Shown one piece after another: positions 13,338-25,971 of a DNA stretch of 64,000 bases; position 1 is the first letter of the stretch; every line of letters begins with the position of its first letter. The notes under the pieces are model-generated. The model was not told where the DNA came from, made no database searches, and saw only the letters and a program-made list of their open reading frames with translations. A program made the translations under genes and the position numbers. This stretch comes from Octopus sinensis (Eukaryota): positions 30,814,001-30,878,000 of the forward strand of contig NC_043020.1 in assembly GCF_006345805.1 (NCBI RefSeq), in the 5' to 3' direction.

Positions 13338-13921
13338 GGATCTTTACCTTTTGACCTACGATTTAAAAAATAATTTTTTGTAACTAAACACTTTCAAACT
13401 TCAGACACTGGTAGAATGTGTCATATAAAACATCTTTTACTCTTAGCATTTTTTGAGAAAAACTTATATTTACGAAGTTATTTCACATTAAAGTTGTCCT
13501 ATTTCAGTAATTTCAACCAATCAATGACGTGTATTCAGCTGAATAAAATTACTGCCGTTGTTTGTCAACAACAACTATTGGCAGTGTATAATTTGTTTGT
13601 CACTTTTATGACATCAATGGTGCGTTTGTACTGGTTTTAGCTTTAAGGTTGTCAACAGTGACAAACGAATTATACATCGCCAATAGTTGTTGTTGACAAA
13701 CAACAGCAGTAATTTTATTCAGCTGAATACACGTCATTGATTGGTTGAAATTACCGAAATACGAGAACTTTAACTTGAAATAACTTCGTATAAAAGTTTT
13801 TCTCAAAAATGCTAAGAGTAAAAGATGTTTTATATGACACATTCTACCAGTGTCCGAAGTTTGAAAGTGTTTAGTTACATAAAATTATTTTTTAAATCTG
13901 TAGGTCAAAAGGTAAAGATCC
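13338..13921. mobile_element. Foldback/palindromic non-autonomous DNA element (~265-bp arms, ~50-bp loop)
   Basis: Left arm ggatctttaccttttgaccta...ttgtcact is the reverse complement of agtgacaaa...taggtcaaaaggtaaagatcc. Mirror ORFs 13416+ and 13842- give nearly the same peptide. Confidence 0.92.
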
Positions 13922-14476
13922 AATTATTATAATTGCCTTTTGAAAATACATTCGACAAAAACGGATAATTTTTGAAGAATAAATCTACACCTAACAACAA
14001 AAAAACTTATAGGTTGTCGACTGCCTTTAATACTTCAAGATTTTTCTTGTGTGTCATTTTAAGAAATCAAACCCTGTAAACAATAAATTTTAACTGATAA
14101 AAAACTTATGTTTTAAACCTGTCTATGAAGCCCATGCAGTTTGTTTTAAGTATCCAATACCTGCTCTGGTGATGATACATGAGATAATAATCTTTGGAAA
14201 CAGGAAGACACTCCCTGCCGATATATGTGTGTGTGTGTATGTATGCACACACACACATATCATACATACATATGTCATGATGCATGTGTGTGAACATACA
14301 TATACCATATACACAATTGATATTTATATATATATATATACTTTATTTAAAAGCAGCAGTTACTCCAAGTAACAGGTTTTGTTGAATTTCTGCTGCTTTT
14401 AAATAAAGCATATTACCTCTACCCCTGGTATTTGAGTACTCTTCTTTTCCTTGTTTCACATTTATGTGTTTACTCC

Positions 14477-14526
<50 letters not shown>

Positions 14527-14603
14527 AACATATATCAAATATGATATATATATAATAAGTATTTCATATATATATACATATATGTATATACACACACACA
14601 TGT

Positions 14604-14660
<57 letters not shown>

Positions 14661-16830
14661 CACAAAACAAACCTTCAAGAGCTAATGAATACCAGAGAGG
14701 GTAAAAGCCTAGAGTGGTTACATTTGCAAAGCTAGAATGAATGATAGTCTAGGTAAAGTTTCTATGATGATGATGGTGGTAGTGTCAGTGGTGATGGTGG
14801 CAGCGGTGACAGCAAAGGAAGAGCAGAATGGAAATGGGATGGGAATAAATAAAATGTAACTGGATGATAAGTGAAAGGGAGAGAGGAAAATGAAATGAAA
14901 ACACACACACACACATTTAAAAGAAATGTTTTAGAAAATTTTAAACTGCTAAACTGTTTGAAAGAAACAAGAAAAAACAAAAACATAGAACCAGAAAATG
15001 GCAGAAGACAAGATGAAAGGAAAAGGTGGGGAAAAAACAATTTCTGGAGGGGATGACTAAGTGGGTGTTTGTTATTTTTCATTTTTTTGTATTTTTTTTT
15101 TTTACACCAGTTGATAATGGCTGTGGTAATGATGATTATGATGTTAATGATATTATTGATGATAATATGATGATGAGAAAAGGTTAAATAAAATTAGGGT
15201 TTAGAAGGAAAGAGACAAAATACAAAATGTTTAAAATCAGAAGGATCAAAAAAAAAAAACAACAAAAATCAGAAAATGGAAAAGTAAAAAGTAAATTGAC
15301 TGAAACGAAGATGATTGCATTAAGAAAAAATATTTAAAAAAAAAATATACAAATGAAGATATTTAAATTAATTGGCCAGTTTTTTAGTTATTTTTTTTTT
15401 ACTCATTTTTTATCTTTTGCAGTTTTTCCAAATTTTGCCCACTTTTTCTCTCCATATTTTTATTTCATTAATGTTTTATCTTTTATATTTTTTTTTTTTA
15501 CTCCTGCCTATTTTTTTGCTTTTTTTGTTTTTAATGACAGAAATATATTTTAAGGTCTCTTACTTACTCCTTGTTTCAACAGTCAACTTTAAAGAAGACA
15601 GTAGTTTTAATTATTATTATTCGTCATTACTGACGTGCATGGGGGAATAGGTGGGAAGGAGGGGAGGAAGGGCTACATATGCACACAACGCCTCAGATAT
15701 TTATTACAGTTTTGTACGGAGAAAGTAGGGGCTGTAACAGGACAGAGCAGGGAAGAGAAGTGGCAGGGGAAACGAAATTGTTTTTGACGATTAATCCCTT
15801 TCTCAGGGGCATTAATTAGGTGATGCTAGGTGATGTGAAACCAAAGGAAGTGAAGTGAAACACTTCTGAACCAGGATTCAAAACCAAGCCACAGACTTGA
15901 CTTGCCTCATCCCACAGAACTTACACACGCTTCTTTCGACAATGCTTCACCACCACACAGTTCAAGTGTCTAGTCGTATATTTTATTTTTTATTATTTTT
16001 TTTTGTTATTTTTGTTTCAAAAGGCCAGTTTCAAATTGAGTGCCAAGTTTCTCCGAGATTTGACATTGAGTATCTCTCCAACACACATATTCCAAGTGAC
16101 AAAATCTTATAGTAAACACCCAGTTCCAATGTTGAATTGGATTGACAATTTAGAATTGAGGTTATTGTCCTTAAGTCTTTTTTTTCTTTTCATCATAAAA
16201 TCCTCCAATTTCTGTAACTTTTCTCTTCTGTGAGAATTTTTATTTTTTGTGTGTTTGCTTTGTTATTTTCTGCTTGTTGTTGTATTATTCTCTCAACAAA
16301 AATAATTTTTGGTAAAAAGGAAAACAAAAAAAAAGATAAAATGTCAACATGCAACTTAAAACTGCCATTTTTTTCAAGACATTTATCATTATTAATTATC
16401 AATAACTATTAATATTAATAATATCAGTTTTTTTTTCCTTTTAATTTCAGTTCTTTTTGTTTTGTTTTGTCAGTTTATCAGCAGAGTTAAGCTGGAATAA
16501 ATTTAATAAAAAAAAAAAAAATTTTTTTTTTTTTACATGTTTTGTTGTGTCTTAACAGCAGCAAGCAACAGCAGCCAGCCAGCCATTGCACACTACTGCA
16601 CACATGCATGCACCAATGCAGCATGATGAAAAAAAAAATGAAATGAAAATAACTGAGCAAAAAAAAAACAGAAGTGTTAAGTTGTTAAAAGCCAGCCAGA
16701 GAGAGAGAGAGAGAAAGAAAGAGAGAGAGAGAGAGACAAGCTAAATTTAGGAGTCTACTGGTGCCATGGAGACAGGAGGAGATGGCACCGCCTGGCCTGA
16801 GATCATGGAACCGCCAAAAATAAAAATGTT

Positions 16831-17008
16831 TTAGCATGTAGAAATGGTAACGTTGATCCCCAAGTTTCCATGGTCGGCAAATAACTGGGCTATGTTGGTG
16901 TCGAATACCAAGCAGTCACTACTTAGAATGGCAGATTGAACACCGTCATGGATGCTGCGTGGTGTGGCCTCCCAAGTAAGTCGTCTCCGATGACCACTTA
17001 GTTCTAAT
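16831..17008 (-). CDS. Siah: Siah E3 ubiquitin ligase, last coding exon (C-terminal substrate-binding/dimerisation region)
   Basis: Reverse strand reads [58 protein letters not shown], matching the Siah C-terminus. Acceptor ttaccag| at 17009-17010, TAA at 16831-16833. Phase 2 matches the previous exon. Confidence 0.96.
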
Positions 17009-17814
17009 CTGGTAATGGAATCAAAGTTTCAGCATTAGACAATAACAACAAAACAGTCTTGAAGAATTTAAAATAACATACAACAAAGGATGAGGGTTAA
17101 AAAGATTGTCACTATGTAGTTCCAGGTTCAACTCCAGTGAGAAGTACAGCCACTTGGACAAGTGTCCTGCATAATTTTTGGATTCATCGATGCCCTGCAA
17201 CTAGAATTTCTTAGAAGGTAACTTTTGAGAATCTCAGTATGTGTGTGTTTAAGTGGATGCTTGTGGCTTGATTCCACTGAGAAGCACAACCACTTGGATG
17301 TGTTCTCTTTTATCTTCGGGCTGAGCAATGCTTTCTGATTGCAATCTGGTAGAAAGAAACTGTGCAGAAGCCCATTGTGCATGGGGGTTTGTTTACATTT
17401 GCACTCAATGAATGTCATCAGTTACAAACAGCATCATTGTTGCCATTTCTGCTACCAACAATTTGTCCATTTGTAAACAGGAAAGGTATCGGCTTGTAAA
17501 AGAATGCATCAATAATATGTAAGTCTAATACAAGTCAGAATGGAAAAACATATGTAAAAACCCAAAACTGAATGTTTGTGTGTGTGGTTGACTGGGTTAA
17601 GAAGTTTATTTCGCAATCACAAAGTTCCAAGTTTGATCCAGCTACACGTCATGGGCAAACATCATTTTTGGTCTCTTCAGGTTGATCCCATCTTGAGAGT
17701 GAAATTGGGGAGATGTAAACTGTGTAGAAACGTGTCGAGTGGATTGTAACAATAATTCCAAAAGCTACAGCCTGGCCAGACACTGTGATGTGTTGATTCT
17801 GCCACAGAATTAGA

Positions 17815-18040
17815 TTAAAATCCTTTTGATACCAATCTGCCTCAGCTGCCTGACACTGTCTCTGGGTTCTATGATACAAACTTCCACCTTTAAAGTAATC
17901 TAAATTAATATCTACCACCAAAATTTCCTAAACACTAGCTTCATAATGAATTATTTTACTAAATTCTTTATTAATTTTTTGAAATTAATTAGACCAAAGG
18001 CAATATATTTCACTGAAATAACGACAACAAAAGGGTTAAG
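17815..18040. mobile_element. TTAA-type (piggyBac-like) MITE; related copies at about 30648-30875, 18738-18965, 47836-48050
   Basis: Termini (a)tccttttg.../...caaaagggttaa. The shared internal text recurs at 30650-30875. Confidence 0.55.
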
Positions 18041-19322
18041 GTACATGTAGCAGTGAAATGCTCAACAACTTAATGTTAATTGCTCGTTGAATTGCACGTT
18101 CATTCAATGAGCAGGTAATTTAGTTGATCAAACAACAGAGAGCCATTTATTGTGATCATCATTATCATCAATGTCCATTTTTCATAGTGGTATGGGATGG
18201 GCATTTTGTAAAGAATTCAAAGGGCTCAGGAACTGCATTGTGCTCCAATGTCTCTTTTTGGCATGGTTTCTATGGCTGGATGCTCTTCCAAATGCCAACC
18301 ACTTAAGTGTACTGAATGCTTTTTTCATGGCACCAGTACTTGTGAGGTTACCATGTAGTTTGTAAGACTACAAACCCAGAATGAGTAGTTTTAAGCTAGG
18401 AGATGAAGAATATAGACATGAAAGAAGGGGCCACAGCAGAGCAGGCTTCTTGCTGTAGAGGAGCTACAGGACTACTCACATTTTAGAAGAGAGGGAAGAA
18501 GCAATCAGGTGAAGCTGGAAATAGTGGTGATGAGGTGTTAGGGTGGATCTTCAAGGTACAAAGTGAGGCAGAGGGACCAGGAGTGTGGATGAATGAAAGT
18601 TGCACAATAGTATTAGTGAGGGGAAATCATCCATCACTTGGTGGCTGCAATGGTGTGCTGAAAGGAGCACACTGTTGCAGTGGGACAAGAAGATCTCTCA
18701 AATCCACACTATCAACTCTAGTGTATTCCCAGGCTTTTACCCTTTAGCATTTAAACCAGCTACATCTGGCCAAAATAGTCTCCCTTTTTCAAACTGCTCA
18801 AACTGGTTGGATCCAATGTCTTACATCTACCCTACAATGTTAGTCTAAAAAGTATACAGCCACATAATTGAAATTTCAAGGCTACAAGATGATGCAGGAT
18901 AAATTCAAAACAATGTGAATAAATAAGTTTTACATTTGATTGAGTAATCTGAATGCTAAAGAGTTTGTTTCCCTACTTCACGTGCATCAACAGCCCTTCT
19001 CACTGTCACCACCAACAAAGCCCACTCATATGCAAATGAGATGTCCCTGCATTACTCCATACCTTTCTCTATCCCAAACCCTTCAAATTGGAGTGTGTTG
19101 TGGGCAATTTTAAACCAATCAGTTGGGTGTCCTCTCCTTGGATGAGGTCTGTGTGTGTGTGTGTGTGTATGCATGTATAATAATGGAAGAACAATCACAT
19201 GTGAGAGCTGTATGCCCAGGGGGACCTCACTTAAGAACCACAATTTAAACTTTAACGGACTCAAAAACCAAAAGTCTTGAGAGAAACCAGTCAAATATTG
19301 GGGGGAAAAAAGGTTTTGTTAC

Positions 19323-19515
19323 CTGTAAGCAAAGTTTTCTGCTTGCTTCCTTGTACCAATCAACTGTACAATGGCATAGAACATCTGCAAGCCATCTATC
19401 TTCTCCTGTTTCTCTAGCACCAGCATGAAATTGTGGCCAAAACATGACTGCATCATAACCCAGTCGACAGCTCCAGGTAGATTAATATCAGTGGCCAAAA
19501 ACACAATGTCTTCAC
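19323..19515 (-). CDS. Siah: Siah coding exon (substrate-binding domain)
   Basis: [64 protein letters not shown]. Acceptor ttcag|, donor |gtaac, 193 nt, phase 1 to 2. Confidence 0.97.
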
Positions 19516-19984
19516 CTGAACAAAAACAAGCAAAAAAAAATTTTAGAAGTAATTTTACTTCATAATTACCAATCCCTTTAACAATGATATCCATTGCTAA
19601 GTCAATATATGAGCAGCCTGAGTTTAGCAAAATGAGGATGTTTATGACACTTATTACTAGTGAGAGGGTTACTACCTACTCCTGTATGTGACTGGTATAG
19701 CAGTTTATCATCCCAAAACAAACAGTAAACTTAACTGTGAAATAACTCAATGAAGCCAAAACTAGTTAAAGAGTGTCTATCAATTATAGCAAAAAATATT
19801 TACATTTCTACCCCTCTCAGATTTTCATGCAACTCATTCCGGTGTTGGTATCTATTGGCACCCAGTTATGCTAAGCTAAGCTATTCTCTCATTTTTTGAT
19901 CTTTTTATTCATTCATTCAATATTAATATGCATTATTTACTAATATCCACTTTCGTAAGTTAATTATTTAAATTGACTCTTCAA

Positions 19985-20555
19985 TATCATCATCATCATT
20001 TAGCGTCCGTTTTCCATGCTAGCATGGGTTGGACGGTTCAACTGGGGTCTGTGAAGCCGGACGGCTTCATCAGGCCTAGTCAGATCTGGCAGTGTTTCTA
20101 CGGTTGGATGCCCTTCCTAACGCCAACCACTCCATGAGTGTAGTGGGTGCTTTTTACGTGCCACCCGCACAGGTTCCAGACAGAGCCGGCAAACGGCCAC
20201 GAACGGATGGTGATTCTTATGTGCCACCGGCACGGGGGCCAGGCGAGGCTGGCAACGGACACGAACGGATGGTGCTTTTTACGTGCCACTAGCACGAGGC
20301 CAGTCGGAGCGGCGCTGGCAACGGTCACGAACGGATGGTTCTCTTACATGCCACCGGCACTGGTAACACATCTGCAATTTCCATTGATCGATTTCGATTC
20401 TGATCCTCACTTGCTTCAACAGGTCTTCACAAGTAGAGTTTTGTGTCCCAAGAAGGGAAGGTATGCATACGTAGGCTGGCTCCATCTCATGTAGAAGGCC
20501 ACGGGTTATGGTCTCACTTGTCCTGCCAGGTCTTCTCGCGCACAGCACACTTCCA
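19985..20555 (-). mobile_element. 5'-truncated RTE LINE 3' end (family copies at about 24360-24545, 24720-24950, 27705-27910, 31430-31890, 34985-35510, 35620-36035, 43700-43940, 46155-46750, 51135-51230)
   Basis: (GAT)n tail, conserved ccatgctagcatgggttggacgg...ctggatgcccttcctaacgccaaccactcc, and ~60-bp internal tandem units. The far end encodes the RTE C-terminus (W..AV.EKT..*). Confidence 0.88.
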
Positions 20556-21189
20556 AACTTCCTAATCTCTCTCTCTCTCTCAACCTTAGTTTTCTCCTTA
20601 ATTCTTCATGTAATTTCCAAATGAAATCTCTCTAAAATACCCTTAGTTCTCCTTTCCTCCTGTGTTTCCAAGTTGGCTACATATTTTTTTGTACTATCCC
20701 TTAAATAACCCTTGCTTGTTTGCGGTGTGCTGGCCATTCCCGCCCCCACCACCAATACTGGATATCTTTCTTCATTCAGCAGAATCACCCTCCCCATTGG
20801 TGGTATCCTCTATCATACCTGCAATTTCACCTCGCTCTCTCTCTCTCTCCCCCAAGGACAAACGCAAGTAGTTTAGCAGCCCACCCACTTAATCTAACAT
20901 TGGCATACTGATATTCATATTCACTTTTACTTATTTATTTCCATTTCTATCTGCAGCACCAGGAATGCTTATATTTGCAAGGTTCATAATGCTTATACTT
21001 ATGCTGCTAACACTTACTCTTACCCCCAGTGGGGGCAACAATCTTAACATGCTTGAATGATTGAATGATGACAGGTGAAAAGTGAGAACAGGTATAGCAT
21101 GTCTATCAAACAAACAAACACGGAAACCTTCTTTTCAGGAAACTGAATAACATCTCTCATCCTCCTGTCTCCTCCCACATTCTTTTCCC

Positions 21190-24075
21190 AGTTTTTAGAG
21201 TTAGCACTGTCAATGTAGGCACAATAAAAGGTAATTCTAGTGAGATTGTAGAGATACTTGAATGGAGACGTGTTGATGTATGCTGTGTACAAGAGATAAG
21301 GTGGAGAGGAGCTTCAGCCAGGGTCCTCACAGGCAAGACACATAGGTATAAAATCTTCTGGGACAGTGATGGAGTAGGGGGTGTAGGTATACTCCTTGCA
21401 GAGAAATGGTTGGATATGGTCATAGGGGTAGTCAGGGTATGCAATATAGTGTTTAAGCTCAGGCTAGTCTTGCAGAATACTATAGCTACAATTATCTCTG
21501 CCTACGCCCCACAAGCGGGTTTAAAAACTGATCAGAAGGGTCCCTTTTATGATATCCTTCTATAGGCTACCTCAAAGATGTGTGGCAATAACCTCATCTT
21601 TGTGGCTGGAGATTTTAATGGGCATGTTGGATGGCAATCTGGTATCTTCCATGGTGTTCATGGGGTCCCTGGAATTGGTTCCCGAAATGAAGAGGGAACT
21701 AGGTTACAAGTGTTATGTGATGCAAGCAACCTATTAATCTGTAACACTAACTTCAGGAAGCTAGACAGCCAACCACATAATAACCCATCAATCAGGCAAC
21801 TCTGCTAGCCAGACTGATTTCATCCTCACCAGACAGTGGGATGCCTGGTTGCTCTTAAACACAAAGACCCTCCCTGGTGAAGAATGTATCCCCTAACATA
21901 GATCAGTTGTTAGTGACTTTAGATTTGAGGCCAGCAGGATGCCAAGAAGTAGACCAATCCAGAAAAGTATTTGGAAGGTAAAGAACCCTTCATACGGTCA
22001 GAGATTTAGGGATATCCTCACTAAGAAATGTAATTAGAGGGTGGAGGAACTATAAACTTGTGACTGGAAATACCTATGTGACAGCCTCCTGAGCGCCACA
22101 GATCAAATCTGCAGCTGGTGCAAAGTCCCTTCCAGCCCAAGAGTAATATAGTGATGGAATAATATGGTAGGCAAGGCCATTAGTGCAAAGAGACAGGCCT
22201 GGAAGAGTGGGGGTAGCATGGAACTGTACCAAATAGCCAGAAGGGAGGCTGGGAACAGGTATATATAGCCAAGAGAGAAGCAGAGAAGAAGTTTGCCAAT
22301 GTTCAGCAATGTGAGAACCAAAGAAGTGAAGCATTTTGGATTGCAAGACAGTATGTACAATGTTACAGGAGAGAAATCTGTCTGCATGGATGATGGTGCA
22401 CTTGCTTTTAATGATTCTGCAAAGAAAGAGGCTTGGAGATGCCATTATGAAAGACTGCTGAACATGGAGAATGAATGGGAGGAGGAGAGCCTGCCAAATG
22501 TTGACCCAGTAGAGGGACCAGCTATTTGAATAGACAACTCCCTGGTAGATAAAGCAATTAAGGGTATGAAGTCAGGAAAAGCCCCCGCCCATCAGGAATC
22601 ACTGCTGAAATGCTTAAAATATCTGGTGGAGTGGGCTATGGCCTAGTCACCTGTATTGTAAACCAGGTAGTTCATGATGGAGTCATACCCAATGACTGGT
22701 GTAGCAGCACCATAGCCAACTGCTACAAAGGTAAAGGTGATGCTCAAGATAGAAATAACTACAGGGGTATTAAACTGATGGATCAGGTGACGAAGGTCAT
22801 GGAGAGGGTCATAGCCCAACTAATTAGGGAGAGAGTCTGCTTAGATGAGATACAGTTTGGTTTTGTGCCAGGTAGAAGCACAACTGATGCTATATTTCTG
22901 GTAAGGCAACTGCAGGAGAAATACCTAGCCAAAGATAAACCCCTATACTTGGCTTTTGTGGACTTGGAGAAAGCCTTTGAAAGGGTCCCCCAATCCCTTA
23001 TCTGGTGGGCGATGTGGAAACTAGGGATAGACGAGTGGTTAATAACAGCTGTACAGGGATGCTGTCAGTAAGGTAAGGGTCAGCAAAGAGTATAGTGAAG
23101 AAGTAGGGGTTCACCAAGGATCAGTCCTCAGCCCCCTCTTATTCATCATAGTCCTCCAGGCAATAACAGAGGAATTCAAGACAGGATGCCCCCGGGAGCT
23201 CCTCTATGCTGATGACCTTGCTCTCATATTTGAATCACAACCAGAACTAAAGAAATTTTAGGCGTGAAAGCAAGGTTTAGAATCGAAGGGCCTTAGAGTC
23301 AATGATGCAAAAACCAAAGTCCTAGTGTTTAGGAAGATGAACAAATCAAACCCCTTCAAGTAGATAGCCCTGCTCGATCTGTAGAAAAGGTGTAGGTAGA
23401 AACTCCATAAGATGTACCCAGTGTAAGCTATGGATGCATAAGAGGTGCAGCAACATTAAAAGATAAACACAGAAGATGCTCAGAGAACAGATTCCATCAC
23501 ATGCCAGGGGAAGAAACTAGAAATAGTTGATAGCTTCTACTACCTAGGTGACCAAGTTAGCAGGGGGCAGATGCTCGGAGATAGTTGCCACTAGACTAAG
23601 AATAGCCTGGACAAAATTCAGAAAGCTCCTACCTCTGCTGGTGACAAAGGGCCTCTCGTTCAGAGTGGAAGGTAGTCTGTATGATGCATGTGTATATACT
23701 GCCATGCTACACAGCAGTGAAACATGGCCATGACTGCTGAGGACATGCATAGGCTTGAAAGAAATGAAGCTAGTATAATCTGTTGGATGTGTAATGTCAG
23801 TGTGCACACACGACAGAGTGCAAGCATCCTGAGAGAAAGGTTGGACATAAGAAGCATCAGATGTGGTGTGCAAGAGAAACAACTGCACTGGTATGATCAT
23901 ATGCTGCGTATGAATGGGGAGTGTTGTGTGAAGAAGTGTCACTCCCTAACAGTGGAAGGAACCTGTGAAAGAGGTAGACCCAGGAAGGCATGGGATGAGG
24001 TGGTGAAGCATGACCTTCGAACGTTGGGCCTCACAGAGGCAATGACAAGAGACAGACCTCTTGAGATATACTGTA
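21190..24075 (+). mobile_element. Near full-length, inactivated RTE LINE (APE + RT) in a Siah intron, antisense to the gene
   Basis: APE motifs VNVGT, CCVQEIRW, FVAGDFNGHVG. RT motifs YKGKGD..NYRGIKL, QFGFVPGRSTTDAIF, FVDLEKAF, GVHQGSVLSP, LYADD. C-terminal GRPRKAW. Many stops and frameshifts. Confidence 0.95.
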
Positions 24076-24205
24076 ATTAAGAAAAAAAGGGCGTAAATGG
24101 TTTAAAAAGGAGCTAAAAATTTAAAAAAGATGTTACAAGTATTGAAGCTATTTAGAAATACAAAATATATTTTTCTTTTTTAAGAAGAAACAAAAAGCAT
24201 CTTAC

Positions 24206-24312
24206 CTTGCAGTGTAGTTATGCTTTTGTGAGATTGAACCAAGTGTGACATAACTTGCTCTAGAGAACCTTGCCACTTACAGGATGCACCAGGGCAGGGA
24301 CAACAGTAGGGC
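24206..24312 (-). CDS. Siah: Siah coding exon (second SIAH-type zinc finger)
   Basis: Not in the ORF track. Reverse strand gives [35 protein letters not shown]. Acceptor tttgacag|, donor |gtaag, 107 nt, phase 2 to 1. Confidence 0.96.
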
Positions 24313-25971
24313 CTGTCAAACAAAAGAGAAATTCACTTTGGTAAAGGAATTAGATATGGTCATTATCATCATCATTGTTTAATGTCTGCTGTCCATGGGT
24401 TGGACGATTTTGACTGAGGGCTGGCGAACCAGATGGCTACACAAGGCTCTAATCTTGATCTGGCAGAGTTTCTACAGCTGGATGCCTTTCCTAAGGCCAG
24501 CCACTCCGAGAGTGTCGAGGGTGCTTTTTAGGTGCCACCTGCACGTATTATCTTCATTATTACTTTTAGAGCACAAACCATTGTTTTAGGTCCAGCATAA
24601 GTAACTCTTCACTACTACCACTGTGATAATGCAGCTTGTTGTTGTGAAATGAAAGGAAACGTTCTTCATACATAAATTATTCTATCATAAAATGAATTTC
24701 TTAAAGATGGCTGCAAGAAATTCATCATCATCATCATCATCATCATTTGATGTCCATTTTTCATGTTGGCATGGGTTGGCCAGTTTGACCGAGTTCTGGA
24801 GAGCCAGTGGCTGCACCAGGTTCCAATCTGATCTGGCAATGTTTCTACAGCTGGATATCCTTCCTAATGCCAACTGCTCTGAGAGTGTAGTGGGTGCTTT
24901 TTAGGTGCCACTAGCACAGGATCCAGTCAGCTGGCCCAGGCATCGATCACTTTCGGATATATTATAACTACTACAACACACCATTGCCTAACAATGGCTC
25001 TCATTATTGCTATTAAAGCTTTGAGATTCACTTGTTTTCCATATGCTGCCATCCCATTTCCAGCCACTTATTTTGCAATCATTGATGGGTTTCAACTGTC
25101 GTTTAACCCTCCAACAGCAAAATTAAACATCATCGTTATTCCACAAATGATACAAAATATCTACCAAAAAATAGAACTGGTACTTTCTGCAAGTCATGTT
25201 GGCTCAATAAACTGGACATATCACAACAAAAATTAGTTTCAAACACAACATTCTTCATCAAAAGATAGATTGGCAGATAAAAACTGCTTTCTGCAGTTAA
25301 GGGCAGCAAAATTTTGAGAAGATATATCTAATTTCCACAGTAAAAGGGTTAATCCTGATCAAGTAAACCCATGTTTGAAGACATTCTATCTGTGAGCATC
25401 CAATCTCTTTTTTCTTGGACAAGACTGACCAATACCTTGTGAGTGAAATTTGTCAGATGGAAACTTGATGTCTATGAAAGATGTAATTAATGGTGATATA
25501 TAATCAACGTTCTCACAATTATAATTATCACAATATACTGCAGTATGTGTTTTGATTAATTTCCAAAATAATCAAACATTAAAGTAGAGTGAGCGGTCAG
25601 TAAAGTAACTGTAACTTCTTGCAATTTGTTTCGGAAGGTTATAAGGTTGTCATATGAACAAAAAAATAAATAAATAAATAAAAAATAAACCCAAGATGGA
25701 ACTTGTACCTATTATTGTATTGCACTAGAATTTCATTGCAAAATCGAATGTTATATTTCATGCAATAACTAAATTATAACTGTGATTATATGTGATATAA
25801 TATATATCACAGAATAACTTGATTGATATAATGTTATATTTGAGCCAATAACCATGTGTGATAACTGATGTTATACCCAAATCAATATCTCATGCTGTAA
25901 TATCTGATACAATACCTAGACAGATATAATGTGTTATGTAATAAAGATTTCAACTGAATTTTATTGAAGTG

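Noticed and set aside
20140-20365. Repeat-spacer-like array resembling CRISPR
   Set aside because: The units are diverged tandem copies inside a eukaryotic RTE 3' UTR. There are no unique spacers and no cas genes.
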